Origin: a virus
Taxonomy: Duplodnaviria > Caudoviricetes
Length of the DNA: 64,000 bases
IMG/VR virus record: IMGVR_UViG_3300032226_000829
Reading direction: 5' to 3' (one strand)
The notes beneath the pieces are model-generated. The model was not told the origin of the DNA. It made no database searches and worked only from the letters and a program-made list of their open reading frames with translations. Shown here one piece after another: positions 26,624-35,194 of the stretch (position 1 is the stretch's first letter; each line of letters begins with the position of its first letter). The position numbers were made by a program, and so were the translations under genes.

Positions 26624-27079
26624 ATGGAAACAGCCAATAAAAATTATTTTACCATGATCCAGATGCGTGCAGCTCTGCTGAATATACATCAGCAATTGAC
26701 TGAACAACAATGGCAACCTCAGGTAATATTAGGATTAAACAGAGGAGGATGTATTCCTGCTATCTATTTGTCACACAAATTGGATGTTCCTCATCATGTG
26801 TTAAATGTAAGTTTACGAGATCATGCTGATACTCCTGATTTACACACATTGGAAAAAGTATATGCTTGGCAAAAAAGAGTATTGATAGTGGATGATATCA
26901 ATGATACAGGTGCCACATTTAATTATATTATGAATAACTTTGGCAAACCAGAAAGATTAAAGTTTGCTGTGATATTGCACAACACAGTGAGCACCTACAA
27001 AGATATAGATTACAAAGGTTATGAAATCAACAAACTGGAAGATCCACGTTGGATAGTGTTTCCTTGGGAGCAATGGTAG
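26624..27079 (+). CDS. Type I purine phosphoribosyltransferase (Gpt-like)
   Basis: LNRGG, PRPP loop VLIVDDINDTGAT, C-terminal WIVFPWE. Confidence 0.85.
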   Translation: METANKNYFTMIQMRAALLNIHQQLTEQQWQPQVILGLNRGGCIPAIYLSHKLDVPHHVLNVSLRDHADTPDLHTLEKVYAWQKRVLIVDDINDTGATFNYIMNNFGKPERLKFAVILHNTVSTYKDIDYKGYEINKLEDPRWIVFPWEQW

Positions 27080-27080
27080 T

Positions 27081-27458
27081 ATGGAAAAAATTGACACTTT
27101 GAATCAAGCTCAAAAAGAAGGCAGAGCTCCTTGGACCAAAGTGATATATGATTTGAAAGATTGTGTGTGGTATGAGGATGGATATCCTGTGACTGAAGGA
27201 CATGCATTGCTGGTACCCAAACAAGCCAGTCAAAATATGATTGTGAAATGTTTTGAATTAGCATTAAAAATTGGCAATGAAAATATTGCCAAAGGTTTGA
27301 TTGACGGCTACAACATAGGTATCAACATGGGCGAGGCAGCAGGTCAAACTGTTCCTTATCCGCATGTTCATTTGATTCCAAGACGCAAGGGTGACATGGA
27401 AGATCCTAGGGGTGGGGTACGGCATGTGATCCCTCACAAAGGAAATTATAAAAAATGA
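27081..27458 (+). CDS. HIT-family nucleotide hydrolase
   Basis: YPVTEGHALLVPK, GEAAGQTV, HVHLIP. Confidence 0.9.
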   Translation: MEKIDTLNQAQKEGRAPWTKVIYDLKDCVWYEDGYPVTEGHALLVPKQASQNMIVKCFELALKIGNENIAKGLIDGYNIGINMGEAAGQTVPYPHVHLIPRRKGDMEDPRGGVRHVIPHKGNYKK

Positions 27459-28282
27459 GCAGAGCACTTTTCATAGGAGACAGTCACACTTGTGGATATG
27501 TCACTGTGCCTAACAAAACAGGTCCAGGCAGTTATACCTATTGGAATGATAACAACTATGCTGAAATTTACAACACAGTGAACGATAAACCCGTGAGTAT
27601 CTATGCACATGCTGGAACTGTCAATAGAATGTACACTGATTGGATGAAACACATGTTTAACACATTTCCAGACACCGATGAAGTTTTTCTTTGTTTGGCT
27701 CCATTGAATAGATTTGTGTTGGCTTTTGATGAGAAACTCACAGATGAAGCACTGCCTTTGGATTATTTTGTGCATGAATGTGTGGAAAGCACACCCACAG
27801 TAAAAAAGTATATGGATTTATTGGTCAAAGAAGGCAGAGTGCAATTATACAACAAACCCACAGCAGAAGATTATGAAAAATTTCCAGGTTTAAAAATTTC
27901 TGAAACAGATGGATTGCAACAACCGGACATAAGAAAAAACACATTTATGGAGATAAAATTATTTTTTGAATTGAACACACATTTGGAAAGACGTGATTTT
28001 TTATTGAATGTGTTTGCTTGGGATAGAATTTGTGCTGAAAACAATGCCAAACTTTATGTGTTTAATTTTATGAATAGATTGAAATGGCCCAAGAGTTTGG
28101 AATATTACGGTGCATTAAAAAATACCACAGTAGCAAAAAAAACTGTTGAGCAATATATGTTGGACAATGGCATTGATCCTCAAAAATATTTGCTGCATGA
28201 CAAAGAACATTACAATACAGAATATCACAAAACGATTGTGGAAAGATACATACCATGGCTAAAAAATCAAAAAAAATCCTAA
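27455..28282 (+). CDS. SGNH/GDSL-like protein (275 aa)
   Basis: FIGDSHT block I; C-terminal DKEH (DxxH). Confidence 0.55.
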   Translation: MSRALFIGDSHTCGYVTVPNKTGPGSYTYWNDNNYAEIYNTVNDKPVSIYAHAGTVNRMYTDWMKHMFNTFPDTDEVFLCLAPLNRFVLAFDEKLTDEALPLDYFVHECVESTPTVKKYMDLLVKEGRVQLYNKPTAEDYEKFPGLKISETDGLQQPDIRKNTFMEIKLFFELNTHLERRDFLLNVFAWDRICAENNAKLYVFNFMNRLKWPKSLEYYGALKNTTVAKKTVEQYMLDNGIDPQKYLLHDKEHYNTEYHKTIVERYIPWLKNQKKS

Positions 28283-28872
28283 TCATTGGTGATAGTTTTG
28301 CTTGTGAGTGGCCCAATGGCCTTGCTGGATGGCCCGCTCAGTTGGCTCAACAACATGATGTGACCAATTTGGCTCAGGCAGGTGTGGGCGAATATAAAAT
28401 ATTAAGACAACTGCTAAACTTTACCAAAGAAAATCCTTGGTGGCAGCATGACTATGATTGTGTGATTGTGTGTCATACCAGTCCCAGCAGAGTACACACT
28501 CCCGTTCATCCCATACACAAAGAAGGACTGCACAAAGATTGTGATCTCATATGGAATGACATTGAATCTCGCAACAGTTGGTTCAATAAAAGTTTAGACA
28601 CTGCTAAAAATTGGTTCAAGTATCACTATGATGATCAATACCAAAAAGACATCTACAGATTGATACGCAGAGATATCAACAGAAAACTGGAGCAAATCAC
28701 CAGTTTACACATAGATAATTTTGGTATCAGTAACCATTTTGTTGAGGAACAGAATCTGTTGGACTTCAGTATGATCTGGCCTAACTACAGAGGAGAAATT
28801 AATCATTACAATGATGAAGGAAACCAAATTGTTTTGGCACAAATCATTGACAAACTGGAACAAATCTGTTAA
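28255..28872 (+). CDS. SGNH/GDSL-like protein (205 aa)
   Basis: IIGDSFA, NLAQAG, C-terminal NHY..EGN. Confidence 0.55.
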   Translation: MAKKSKKILIIGDSFACEWPNGLAGWPAQLAQQHDVTNLAQAGVGEYKILRQLLNFTKENPWWQHDYDCVIVCHTSPSRVHTPVHPIHKEGLHKDCDLIWNDIESRNSWFNKSLDTAKNWFKYHYDDQYQKDIYRLIRRDINRKLEQITSLHIDNFGISNHFVEEQNLLDFSMIWPNYRGEINHYNDEGNQIVLAQIIDKLEQIC

Positions 28873-28875
28873 AAT
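28847..28875 (+). promoter_or_regulatory. sigma70 promoter for folE-queE
   Basis: TTGACA (28847-28852), 17 nt, TAAAAT (28870-28875) with TGn; AAGGAG SD follows. Confidence 0.8.
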
Positions 28876-28895
28876 AGTACAATATAAGGAGTATA

Positions 28896-29582
28896 ATGAA
28901 AGTATCAGAAAAGATTAAACAAAGACTGATTGAGGCTGGTGTGAATTATCATGCTGATGATAATATTTCAGCCTATGTTGAAAAAGATGAACTGGTTCTA
29001 TTGGAAAAAGAATTAACAGAATCATTCAAATCTGTTTTAAACAGTCTTGTGATTGATACTGAAAATGATCCTAATAGTAAAAACACAGCACACAGACTGG
29101 CCAAGATGTATTTGAAAGAATTAATGAGTGGAAGATATGAATCCAGACCTGATGCCACAGCATTTCCCAATGTGGGAGAAAATGCCTACACAGGCATGTT
29201 GGTGGTGCGTAGTGAATTAAAATCAGTGTGCAGTCATCATCATCAACCAGTGAGCGGAGTAGCATACATTGGAATCATACCCAATGGCAAAGTGATAGGA
29301 TTGAGCAAATACACAAGAATAGCACAATGGTGTGCTAGAAGAGGCACACTGCAAGAAGCACTGTGCAATAACATTGCCAATGAGATTGAAATGGCCACTG
29401 GAGCCAAAGATCTAGGAGTGTACATACAAGCCACACATGGCTGTTGTGAAAACAGAGGCATAATGGCACACAGTTCATTGACTCAGACCACTGTGTTAAA
29501 AGGTGCTTTCAAAGATGATGCTGGCACTAAAAAAGAATTTATGGATAATATTAACCTGCAACAACAATTTGCACCAAGATAG
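28896..29582 (+). CDS. folE: GTP cyclohydrolase I
   Basis: CSHH, GLSKYTR, LQE, HGCCENRG. Confidence 0.95.
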   Translation: MKVSEKIKQRLIEAGVNYHADDNISAYVEKDELVLLEKELTESFKSVLNSLVIDTENDPNSKNTAHRLAKMYLKELMSGRYESRPDATAFPNVGENAYTGMLVVRSELKSVCSHHHQPVSGVAYIGIIPNGKVIGLSKYTRIAQWCARRGTLQEALCNNIANEIEMATGAKDLGVYIQATHGCCENRGIMAHSSLTQTTVLKGAFKDDAGTKKEFMDNINLQQQFAPR

Positions 29583-29591
29583 GAGACACAG

Positions 29592-29795
29592 ATGACCAAT
29601 AAAGAAGGACCATTTTACGCAGCATTCGGAGGTGATACCACAGGTATTATCAAACAAGAATTAATCACTTACAAAGTTAAAGATGGTGTGCTGTACAAAG
29701 AAACAGTGAAGAGAGATTATCACAGCCAAGGAGATTACATTGATTCATGTGAGTCAATTCCTTTGAAAGAAAACAAACATGAACATACAGCCTAA
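29592..29795 (+). CDS. Hypothetical protein (67 aa)
   Basis: AGGAG SD. Confidence 0.7.
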   Translation: MTNKEGPFYAAFGGDTTGIIKQELITYKVKDGVLYKETVKRDYHSQGDYIDSCESIPLKENKHEHTA

Positions 29796-29946
29796 AGACA
29801 CCAGTAAAGGTCATTTCTATGTGTCACTAATCAAGAGTGCATTTAGAATCATTGCAGGCATTAGTTTAATATTTGGTAACTTTATTACTGCTGGATTTTT
29901 ATTCATACTGGCAGAATTATTAGGAGTGGTAGAGGAATTAGTATAA
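29779..29946 (+). CDS. Small membrane protein (55 aa), not in the ORF track
   Basis: Hand translation MNIQPKDTSKGHFYVSLIKSAFRIIAGISLIFGNFITAGFLFILAELLGVVEELV; stop overlaps the queE ATG. Confidence 0.75.
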   Translation: MNIQPKDTSKGHFYVSLIKSAFRIIAGISLIFGNFITAGFLFILAELLGVVEELV

Positions 29947-30806
29947 TGAGCAAAATTAAAATAGCAGAATTATTTTACAGCATACAAGGAGAAGGCAGGT
30001 ACATGGGTGTGCCTTCAGTGTTCTTGAGAACATTTGGCTGCAACTTTACTTGTGCTGGCTTTGGTTTGCCTCGAGGCATGCGTAGTGATGAGAATGACAA
30101 AGTATTTGAACAGCACAAACAATTTCCTTTTAAAAGCTATGAAGAATTGCCATTGGTGAACACAGGCTGTGATTCGTATGCATCTTGGGATCCTCGATTC
30201 AAAGATTTATCTCCCATGCTGACATCAGATGCTATTGTGGAAAGAACAATGGAAATATTGCCACACAAACAATGGGTGGATGAACATTTTATATTCACAG
30301 GCGGTGAACCATTGCTGGGTTGGCAACGTGCTTATCCAGATGTATTGGAACATGCAAAGATGCAGGCTTTAAAAGAGATCACTTTTGAAACCAATGGCAC
30401 ACAAAAACTACACAAAGATTTTAAAGATTATTTGACTCAATGGAATCAGAAGAATGGTAGAACTAAAGAATCCATATCATTCTCTGTGAGTGCAAAATTA
30501 AGTGTGAGCGGAGAAAAACGTGAAGAAGCTATACTGCCTGAAGTGGTGGCAGAATATGGAGATGTAGGGCATGTGTATTTGAAATTTGTGGTGGCCACCA
30601 AGGAAGATGCTGATGAGGCATTCCAAGCAGTGGCTGATTATCGTAAAGCAGGATTCTCGGGATCAGTTTATTTGATGCCTGTGGGTGGAGTAGAAAGTGT
30701 CTATCATATGAACAATAGAACAGTGGCAGAACTGGCAATGAAGATGGGATATAGATACAGTGATAGATTACAAGTGCCATTGTTTAAAAACGCATGGGGT
30801 ACATAA
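29946..30806 (+). CDS. queE: QueE 7-carboxy-7-deazaguanine synthase (radical SAM)
   Basis: ELFYSIQGEG, FLRTFGCNFTC...GCDS, TGGEPL, ETNGT, SAK, RLQV. Confidence 0.9.
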   Translation: MSKIKIAELFYSIQGEGRYMGVPSVFLRTFGCNFTCAGFGLPRGMRSDENDKVFEQHKQFPFKSYEELPLVNTGCDSYASWDPRFKDLSPMLTSDAIVERTMEILPHKQWVDEHFIFTGGEPLLGWQRAYPDVLEHAKMQALKEITFETNGTQKLHKDFKDYLTQWNQKNGRTKESISFSVSAKLSVSGEKREEAILPEVVAEYGDVGHVYLKFVVATKEDADEAFQAVADYRKAGFSGSVYLMPVGGVESVYHMNNRTVAELAMKMGYRYSDRLQVPLFKNAWGT

Positions 30807-31195
30807 TGGAGAAAAAAGATATGGGAATATTTGATAAAGTTAAAAAAATATTTAAAAAAGAAGACACAACAGAAAACAAAAGCGAATCACATCAAGCATT
30901 GTTGCGTGAAAAAGAAGCAGCAACCAAAGAAGGCAAGCCTTGGGTGGCAGTGTTGGAGACTCACGTGAACAAAGAAAACATCAGAAATGGATTTTTTGAA
31001 CTGGATTGGAACAATGCTTTCATAGAGGATTTATTAGATGCAGGTTACAAAGGTGAAACCAATGAAGAAATAGTGGAAGGTTGGTTTAAAGAAGTCACTA
31101 GAAACGTGCTGAAGGATCAAGGACAGGACGCCACACGTGATGCTGGATACATCAATGTGAACAAATTAGGAAAAGATAGATCGGAAATCAGTTAA
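30806..31195 (+). CDS. Hypothetical protein (about 129 aa)
   Basis: taATG coupling; alternative start 30821. Confidence 0.7.
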   Translation: MEKKDMGIFDKVKKIFKKEDTTENKSESHQALLREKEAATKEGKPWVAVLETHVNKENIRNGFFELDWNNAFIEDLLDAGYKGETNEEIVEGWFKEVTRNVLKDQGQDATRDAGYINVNKLGKDRSEIS

Positions 31196-32196
31196 TGACC
31201 TACTTGCTTGTGGATTTAGCCAATGTATTTTTTAGATCACGTCACGTAACTGACGGAAGTCTTAATGATAAGATTGGTATGGCTCTACATATTACTCTTA
31301 ACGGTGTAAGAAAAGTATGGAAAGATTTCAAAGGAGACCATGTGGTATTCTGTTTGGAAGGACGCAGTTGGCGCAAAGATTATTATCTTCCATACAAACG
31401 CAATAGATCTGATGCTCGTGCAGCACTCACAGCCAAAGAAAAAGAAGAAGAAACAATATTTTGGGAAACTTTTGATAATTTTAAAGAATTTATACAAACT
31501 AAGACCAATTGCACAGTGTTGCAAAATCCAAGATTAGAAGCAGATGATTTAATCTCTGCTTGGATACAAGCTCATCCCAAAGACCAGCACGTGATCATCA
31601 GCACAGACAGTGATTTTGCACAATTGATTGCTCCCAATGTGAAACAATACAATGGTATTTCAGAAGTGACCATCACTGATAAAGGTTATTTTGATCAAAA
31701 AGGTAATCCTGTAAAAGATAAAAAAACAGGTGAAAACAAAACAGCACCTGAACCAGAATGGCAATTGTTTGAAAAATGTGTGCGTGGAGACAGCACAGAC
31801 AATATATTTTCTGCTTTTCCAGGAGTAAGAACCAAAGGAACCAAGACCAAAGTAGGATTGCGTGAAGCATATGAAGATAGAAAAAATAAAGGGTTTAACT
31901 GGAACAACATGATGTTGCAACGTTGGATGGATCATGAAGGAGTAGAGCACAGAGTATTGGATGATTACAATAGAAATGTTATATTGTGCGATTTACGAGC
32001 ACAACCAGATGAAATAAAACAAATTATGGCTCAAACTGTGGCAGAAGCAGCCAACCCCAAAGCAGTGGAACAAGTGGGAATCAAATTGATTAGATTTTGT
32101 GCCAAATGGGACATGCAAAGAATTGTGGATCAAGCACAGAGTTATGCTGAGCCATTGAATGCCAAATATAAAATAACAGAAGAGGTCACAGCATGA
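31195..32196 (+). CDS. rnh: 5'-3' exonuclease / T4 RNase H-like flap nuclease
   Basis: LVDLAN, EADDLI, STDSDFAQL, GDSTDNI. Confidence 0.9.
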   Translation: MTYLLVDLANVFFRSRHVTDGSLNDKIGMALHITLNGVRKVWKDFKGDHVVFCLEGRSWRKDYYLPYKRNRSDARAALTAKEKEEETIFWETFDNFKEFIQTKTNCTVLQNPRLEADDLISAWIQAHPKDQHVIISTDSDFAQLIAPNVKQYNGISEVTITDKGYFDQKGNPVKDKKTGENKTAPEPEWQLFEKCVRGDSTDNIFSAFPGVRTKGTKTKVGLREAYEDRKNKGFNWNNMMLQRWMDHEGVEHRVLDDYNRNVILCDLRAQPDEIKQIMAQTVAEAANPKAVEQVGIKLIRFCAKWDMQRIVDQAQSYAEPLNAKYKITEEVTA

Positions 32197-32708
32197 CAGT
32201 GATTGCCAAACCCATATTGGATGGTAAGTTTTGGATATTGGAATCTGAAGGTATCAAACTGGGCACACTGTGCCGTCAGGAAGATCACAGATACATGTTC
32301 AGTTGTGCCTCAGGCAGTCGCATGTTTGACAATGAGCAACAATTGAGACAGGAATTCAAAGGAGATTGGCTGTGGGGAAATACCACTGTGACTGTGTCAC
32401 AAGATCCTGCTGTGGATACAAACTCTGTGTATGGATATCCCACTAAATTTGAACCTTGTAATCCTGTGTTTGATGTGCAAAAAAAATTACCATTGTTTAC
32501 CAAAAGTAAAAAATCCAAATCATTGTATTGTGCTGGATATTATGTTATTAAATTTGAAAAAGGATGGGTCAAAAGTTTCTGTCCCAAACTGCTCACCATA
32601 GACAGGTATCCCAACAAAGGACCATTCAGAACATTGCTGGAGATGAAACAGGAACTCAGCAGTGCCAACAAACAGGAAGGAAATATCAATGAGCAACACA
32701 CCAATTAA
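32193..32708 (+). CDS. Hypothetical protein (171 aa)
   Basis: Coupled ORF. Confidence 0.75.
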   Translation: MTVIAKPILDGKFWILESEGIKLGTLCRQEDHRYMFSCASGSRMFDNEQQLRQEFKGDWLWGNTTVTVSQDPAVDTNSVYGYPTKFEPCNPVFDVQKKLPLFTKSKKSKSLYCAGYYVIKFEKGWVKSFCPKLLTIDRYPNKGPFRTLLEMKQELSSANKQEGNINEQHTN

Positions 32709-32919
32709 CACAGCACCCATACAACAATTGATACAACAGATCAAAGTGGCTGATCAAAGCAATCAAAAAGAAGTGCGAATCGATATCACCACTGCCAAAA
32801 ATGTGGCCTACGCATTGGGCATTGTGATGAGCAGACTGGCTGGAAATTACGAAGATTTACTCAGCAAGAAAGACAAGGATGAAGTGATTCAGGTACAAAT
32901 GGATGGGGGCAAACTGTGA
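32689..32919 (+). CDS. Hypothetical protein (76 aa; start reassigned)
   Basis: GGAAGG SD before ATG 32689. Confidence 0.65.
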   Translation: MSNTPINTAPIQQLIQQIKVADQSNQKEVRIDITTAKNVAYALGIVMSRLAGNYEDLLSKKDKDEVIQVQMDGGKL

Positions 32920-33128
32920 GCATCACTGACAAAGAAATAGAACAAATAGCCAGCACCAATCTGCCCAACAACCATTTCAATCCCTACATGACTGCTCCTG
33001 AATACTTCCAACAAGAGGGTGAAAACATGTGGATTAGATTCAAATTAAAGGCGTTTTACCCACTGCTTTGTGTGAGTCTGCTGTCTACACTTGCCCTGCT
33101 GTGTGTGCTGATATATACCCTATTTTAG
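32916..33128 (+). CDS. Small protein with C-terminal TM helix (70 aa)
   Basis: GTG start overlapping the upstream stop; hydrophobic tail. Confidence 0.6.
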   Translation: MSITDKEIEQIASTNLPNNHFNPYMTAPEYFQQEGENMWIRFKLKAFYPLLCVSLLSTLALLCVLIYTLF

Positions 33129-33184
33129 CACTGATCCATTAGGGTTCCTTTCATTCAACCAAAAAATAAATCTACCAAAAGGCA

Positions 33185-33190
33185 TAAATA
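33185..33190 (+). promoter_or_regulatory. T4-type late promoter core
   Basis: TAAATA in the gap upstream of 33221. Confidence 0.45.
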
Positions 33191-33220
33191 TACATGCTTA
33201 ATCATTTTTACAAGGAACAC

Positions 33221-33511
33221 ATGAGCAGACCCAAACCCATTATCCTTTTGGAGAATGTTAATAAAAAAGACTACAAATCTGAACAGGTTTTGGATGCAGA
33301 AGCCATATGGGCCGTATTTTACAAAAATAAACCTTTCAATTTAAAGTCATCCAACATGACCACCAACTATCCAGGACCCAAATACAAGAAAGTTTCTTTC
33401 AGCAATCCAGGCCATGCTTTTAACCTTGCTAAAAAACTCAACACACTGTTCAACGTTCAAGACTTTTCAGTGGTGAAATTAACTCAGGGCGAAACCGTCA
33501 CTGAAAAATAA
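33221..33511 (+). CDS. Hypothetical protein (96 aa; start reassigned)
   Basis: AAGGA SD before ATG 33221 (MSRPKP). Confidence 0.75.
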   Translation: MSRPKPIILLENVNKKDYKSEQVLDAEAIWAVFYKNKPFNLKSSNMTTNYPGPKYKKVSFSNPGHAFNLAKKLNTLFNVQDFSVVKLTQGETVTEK

Positions 33512-33897
33512 TGGACTGGAAAACTACCTATACTAAAATATTCCTTCAACAGGCAAACATTTCCGTGAACGATAATACCATGAAAGAATATCTACCCATA
33601 TGGTGGAAAAATAGTCGTATCAAAACAGAAGGTGGATTAAGACTCACTGAAGAAGGTCTTAAATTTGTTCAAGAAAAATTAGAATTACAGACTTATGATG
33701 TGCCATTCCCATTGGACTTCACCATAACCACACAGATATTGATATTTTTAGACAAGTTCATTGATTGTCCATATTACTTGGCTGCTGATGGTATTATCGT
33801 GACCAATGAAAAGAAGGCCATGGAACTTCACTTATTTTCAGGTGACATACGCAAATATGGTTTGACCAAAGCCATGAGTAGACCCTTCGAACAGTAA
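33511..33897 (+). CDS. Hypothetical protein (128 aa)
   Basis: taATG coupling; GGLRLTEEG may be a winged-helix segment. Confidence 0.75.
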   Translation: MDWKTTYTKIFLQQANISVNDNTMKEYLPIWWKNSRIKTEGGLRLTEEGLKFVQEKLELQTYDVPFPLDFTITTQILIFLDKFIDCPYYLAADGIIVTNEKKAMELHLFSGDIRKYGLTKAMSRPFEQ

Positions 33898-33962
33898 AGA
33901 TATCCACAATTATCAAGCATTTTAAGCCATTGAAATCAACGACTTTTTTGATGCAAAACCAA

Positions 33963-33991
33963 TTGACTTCTTTTTTCACAGATGCTATTAT
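33963..33991 (+). promoter_or_regulatory. sigma70 promoter for the AAA-vWA operon
   Basis: TTGACT (33963-33968), 17 nt, TATTAT (33986-33991) with TGn; AAGGAG SD. Confidence 0.8.
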
Positions 33992-34036
33992 GTATATAAC
34001 ACTAAGGCACTGAAACAAACTTAAAAGGAGTACAAC

Positions 34037-35140
34037 ATGGCCAAAGCAGACAAAGACAGTTTAGCAGTTAGACAGGTCAGTCCTAACAATGCTAAAAGTA
34101 GCATAACACACGCAATCAACAAAAAACGTCCATTATTTTTATGGGGAGCACCTGGTATTGGTAAATCAGATGTGGTACATCAAATTGCTGCCAGCATTGA
34201 TGCTCATGTGATCGACATAAGATTAAGTCTATGGGAACCCACAGATATCAAAGGTATTCCATACTACAACATGAAAGAAAACAACATGATTTGGGCCGCC
34301 CCAAGTGAACTGCCCAATGAAGAATTTGCTAAAAAACACAAAAAAATTATATTGTTTTTGGATGAAATGAATTCAGCCGCACCATCAGTTCAAGCGGCAG
34401 CATATCAATTGATCCTAAACAGAAGAGTGGGCACATACAGGCTGCCTGACAATGTGGTTATTATTGCCGCTGGTAATAGAGAAGCGGACAGAGGTATCAC
34501 ATACAGAATGCCTGCACCATTGTCCAATAGATTTATCCATATAGAAATGAAAGTGGATTTTGATGATTGGTTTCAGTGGGCTGTACAGAACAACATGCAC
34601 AAAGATGTGGTGGGGTTCTTAACATTCAGCAAGAAAGATTTATACGATTTTGAACCCAAGAGTTCAGGCAGATCGTTCGCAACTCCAAGATCTTGGGCAT
34701 TTGTCAGTGAATTATTGTCTGATGAAGTGGATGAGAATACCACAGCCGATCTAGTTAGTGGAGCAGTAGGCGAAGGATTAGCAGTAAAATTCATGGCTCA
34801 CAGAAAAGTGGCTAAGGACCTACCAAATCCGTCTGACATCTTGTCAGGGAAGGTAGAAAAAATGAAGACTAAAGAAATCAGTGCCATGTATTCCTTAACA
34901 GTCTCCCTTTGCTACGAACTGAAAGACGCATGTGATAAGAAAGACAAGAAGTTTAATGATAAAGTCAATAAATTTCTTAGATTTTCTATGGATAATTTCG
35001 ATACTGAAATTGTTGTGATGGGCATTAAACTTGCTCTTACGCAATATCAATTACCGATTGATCCAGACAGTATCAAATGTTTCGATGAGTTTCATGAAAA
35101 GTACGGCAAGTATGTTATTGCCGCACAAAAGGTTGCTTAA
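34037..35140 (+). CDS. MoxR-type AAA+ ATPase
   Basis: GAPGIGKS, LFLDEMN, AAGNR, LSNRF, TPRSW. Confidence 0.85.
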   Translation: MAKADKDSLAVRQVSPNNAKSSITHAINKKRPLFLWGAPGIGKSDVVHQIAASIDAHVIDIRLSLWEPTDIKGIPYYNMKENNMIWAAPSELPNEEFAKKHKKIILFLDEMNSAAPSVQAAAYQLILNRRVGTYRLPDNVVIIAAGNREADRGITYRMPAPLSNRFIHIEMKVDFDDWFQWAVQNNMHKDVVGFLTFSKKDLYDFEPKSSGRSFATPRSWAFVSELLSDEVDENTTADLVSGAVGEGLAVKFMAHRKVAKDLPNPSDILSGKVEKMKTKEISAMYSLTVSLCYELKDACDKKDKKFNDKVNKFLRFSMDNFDTEIVVMGIKLALTQYQLPIDPDSIKCFDEFHEKYGKYVIAAQKVA

Positions 35141-35151
35141 CTGTGACCATT

Positions 35152-35177
35152 CACAGGGCATTTTCGAGTGCCCTGTG
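35152..35177 (+). other. Intercistronic hairpin with UUCG-type loop
   Basis: CACAGGGCA-tt-TTCG-ag-TGCCCTGTG; no U-tract follows. Confidence 0.75.
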
Positions 35178-35194
35178 TACAAATAAAGATTCTT

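Noticed and set aside
35152-35177. Rho-independent terminator
   Set aside because: Strong stem but no U-tract on either strand; kept as an unclassified hairpin
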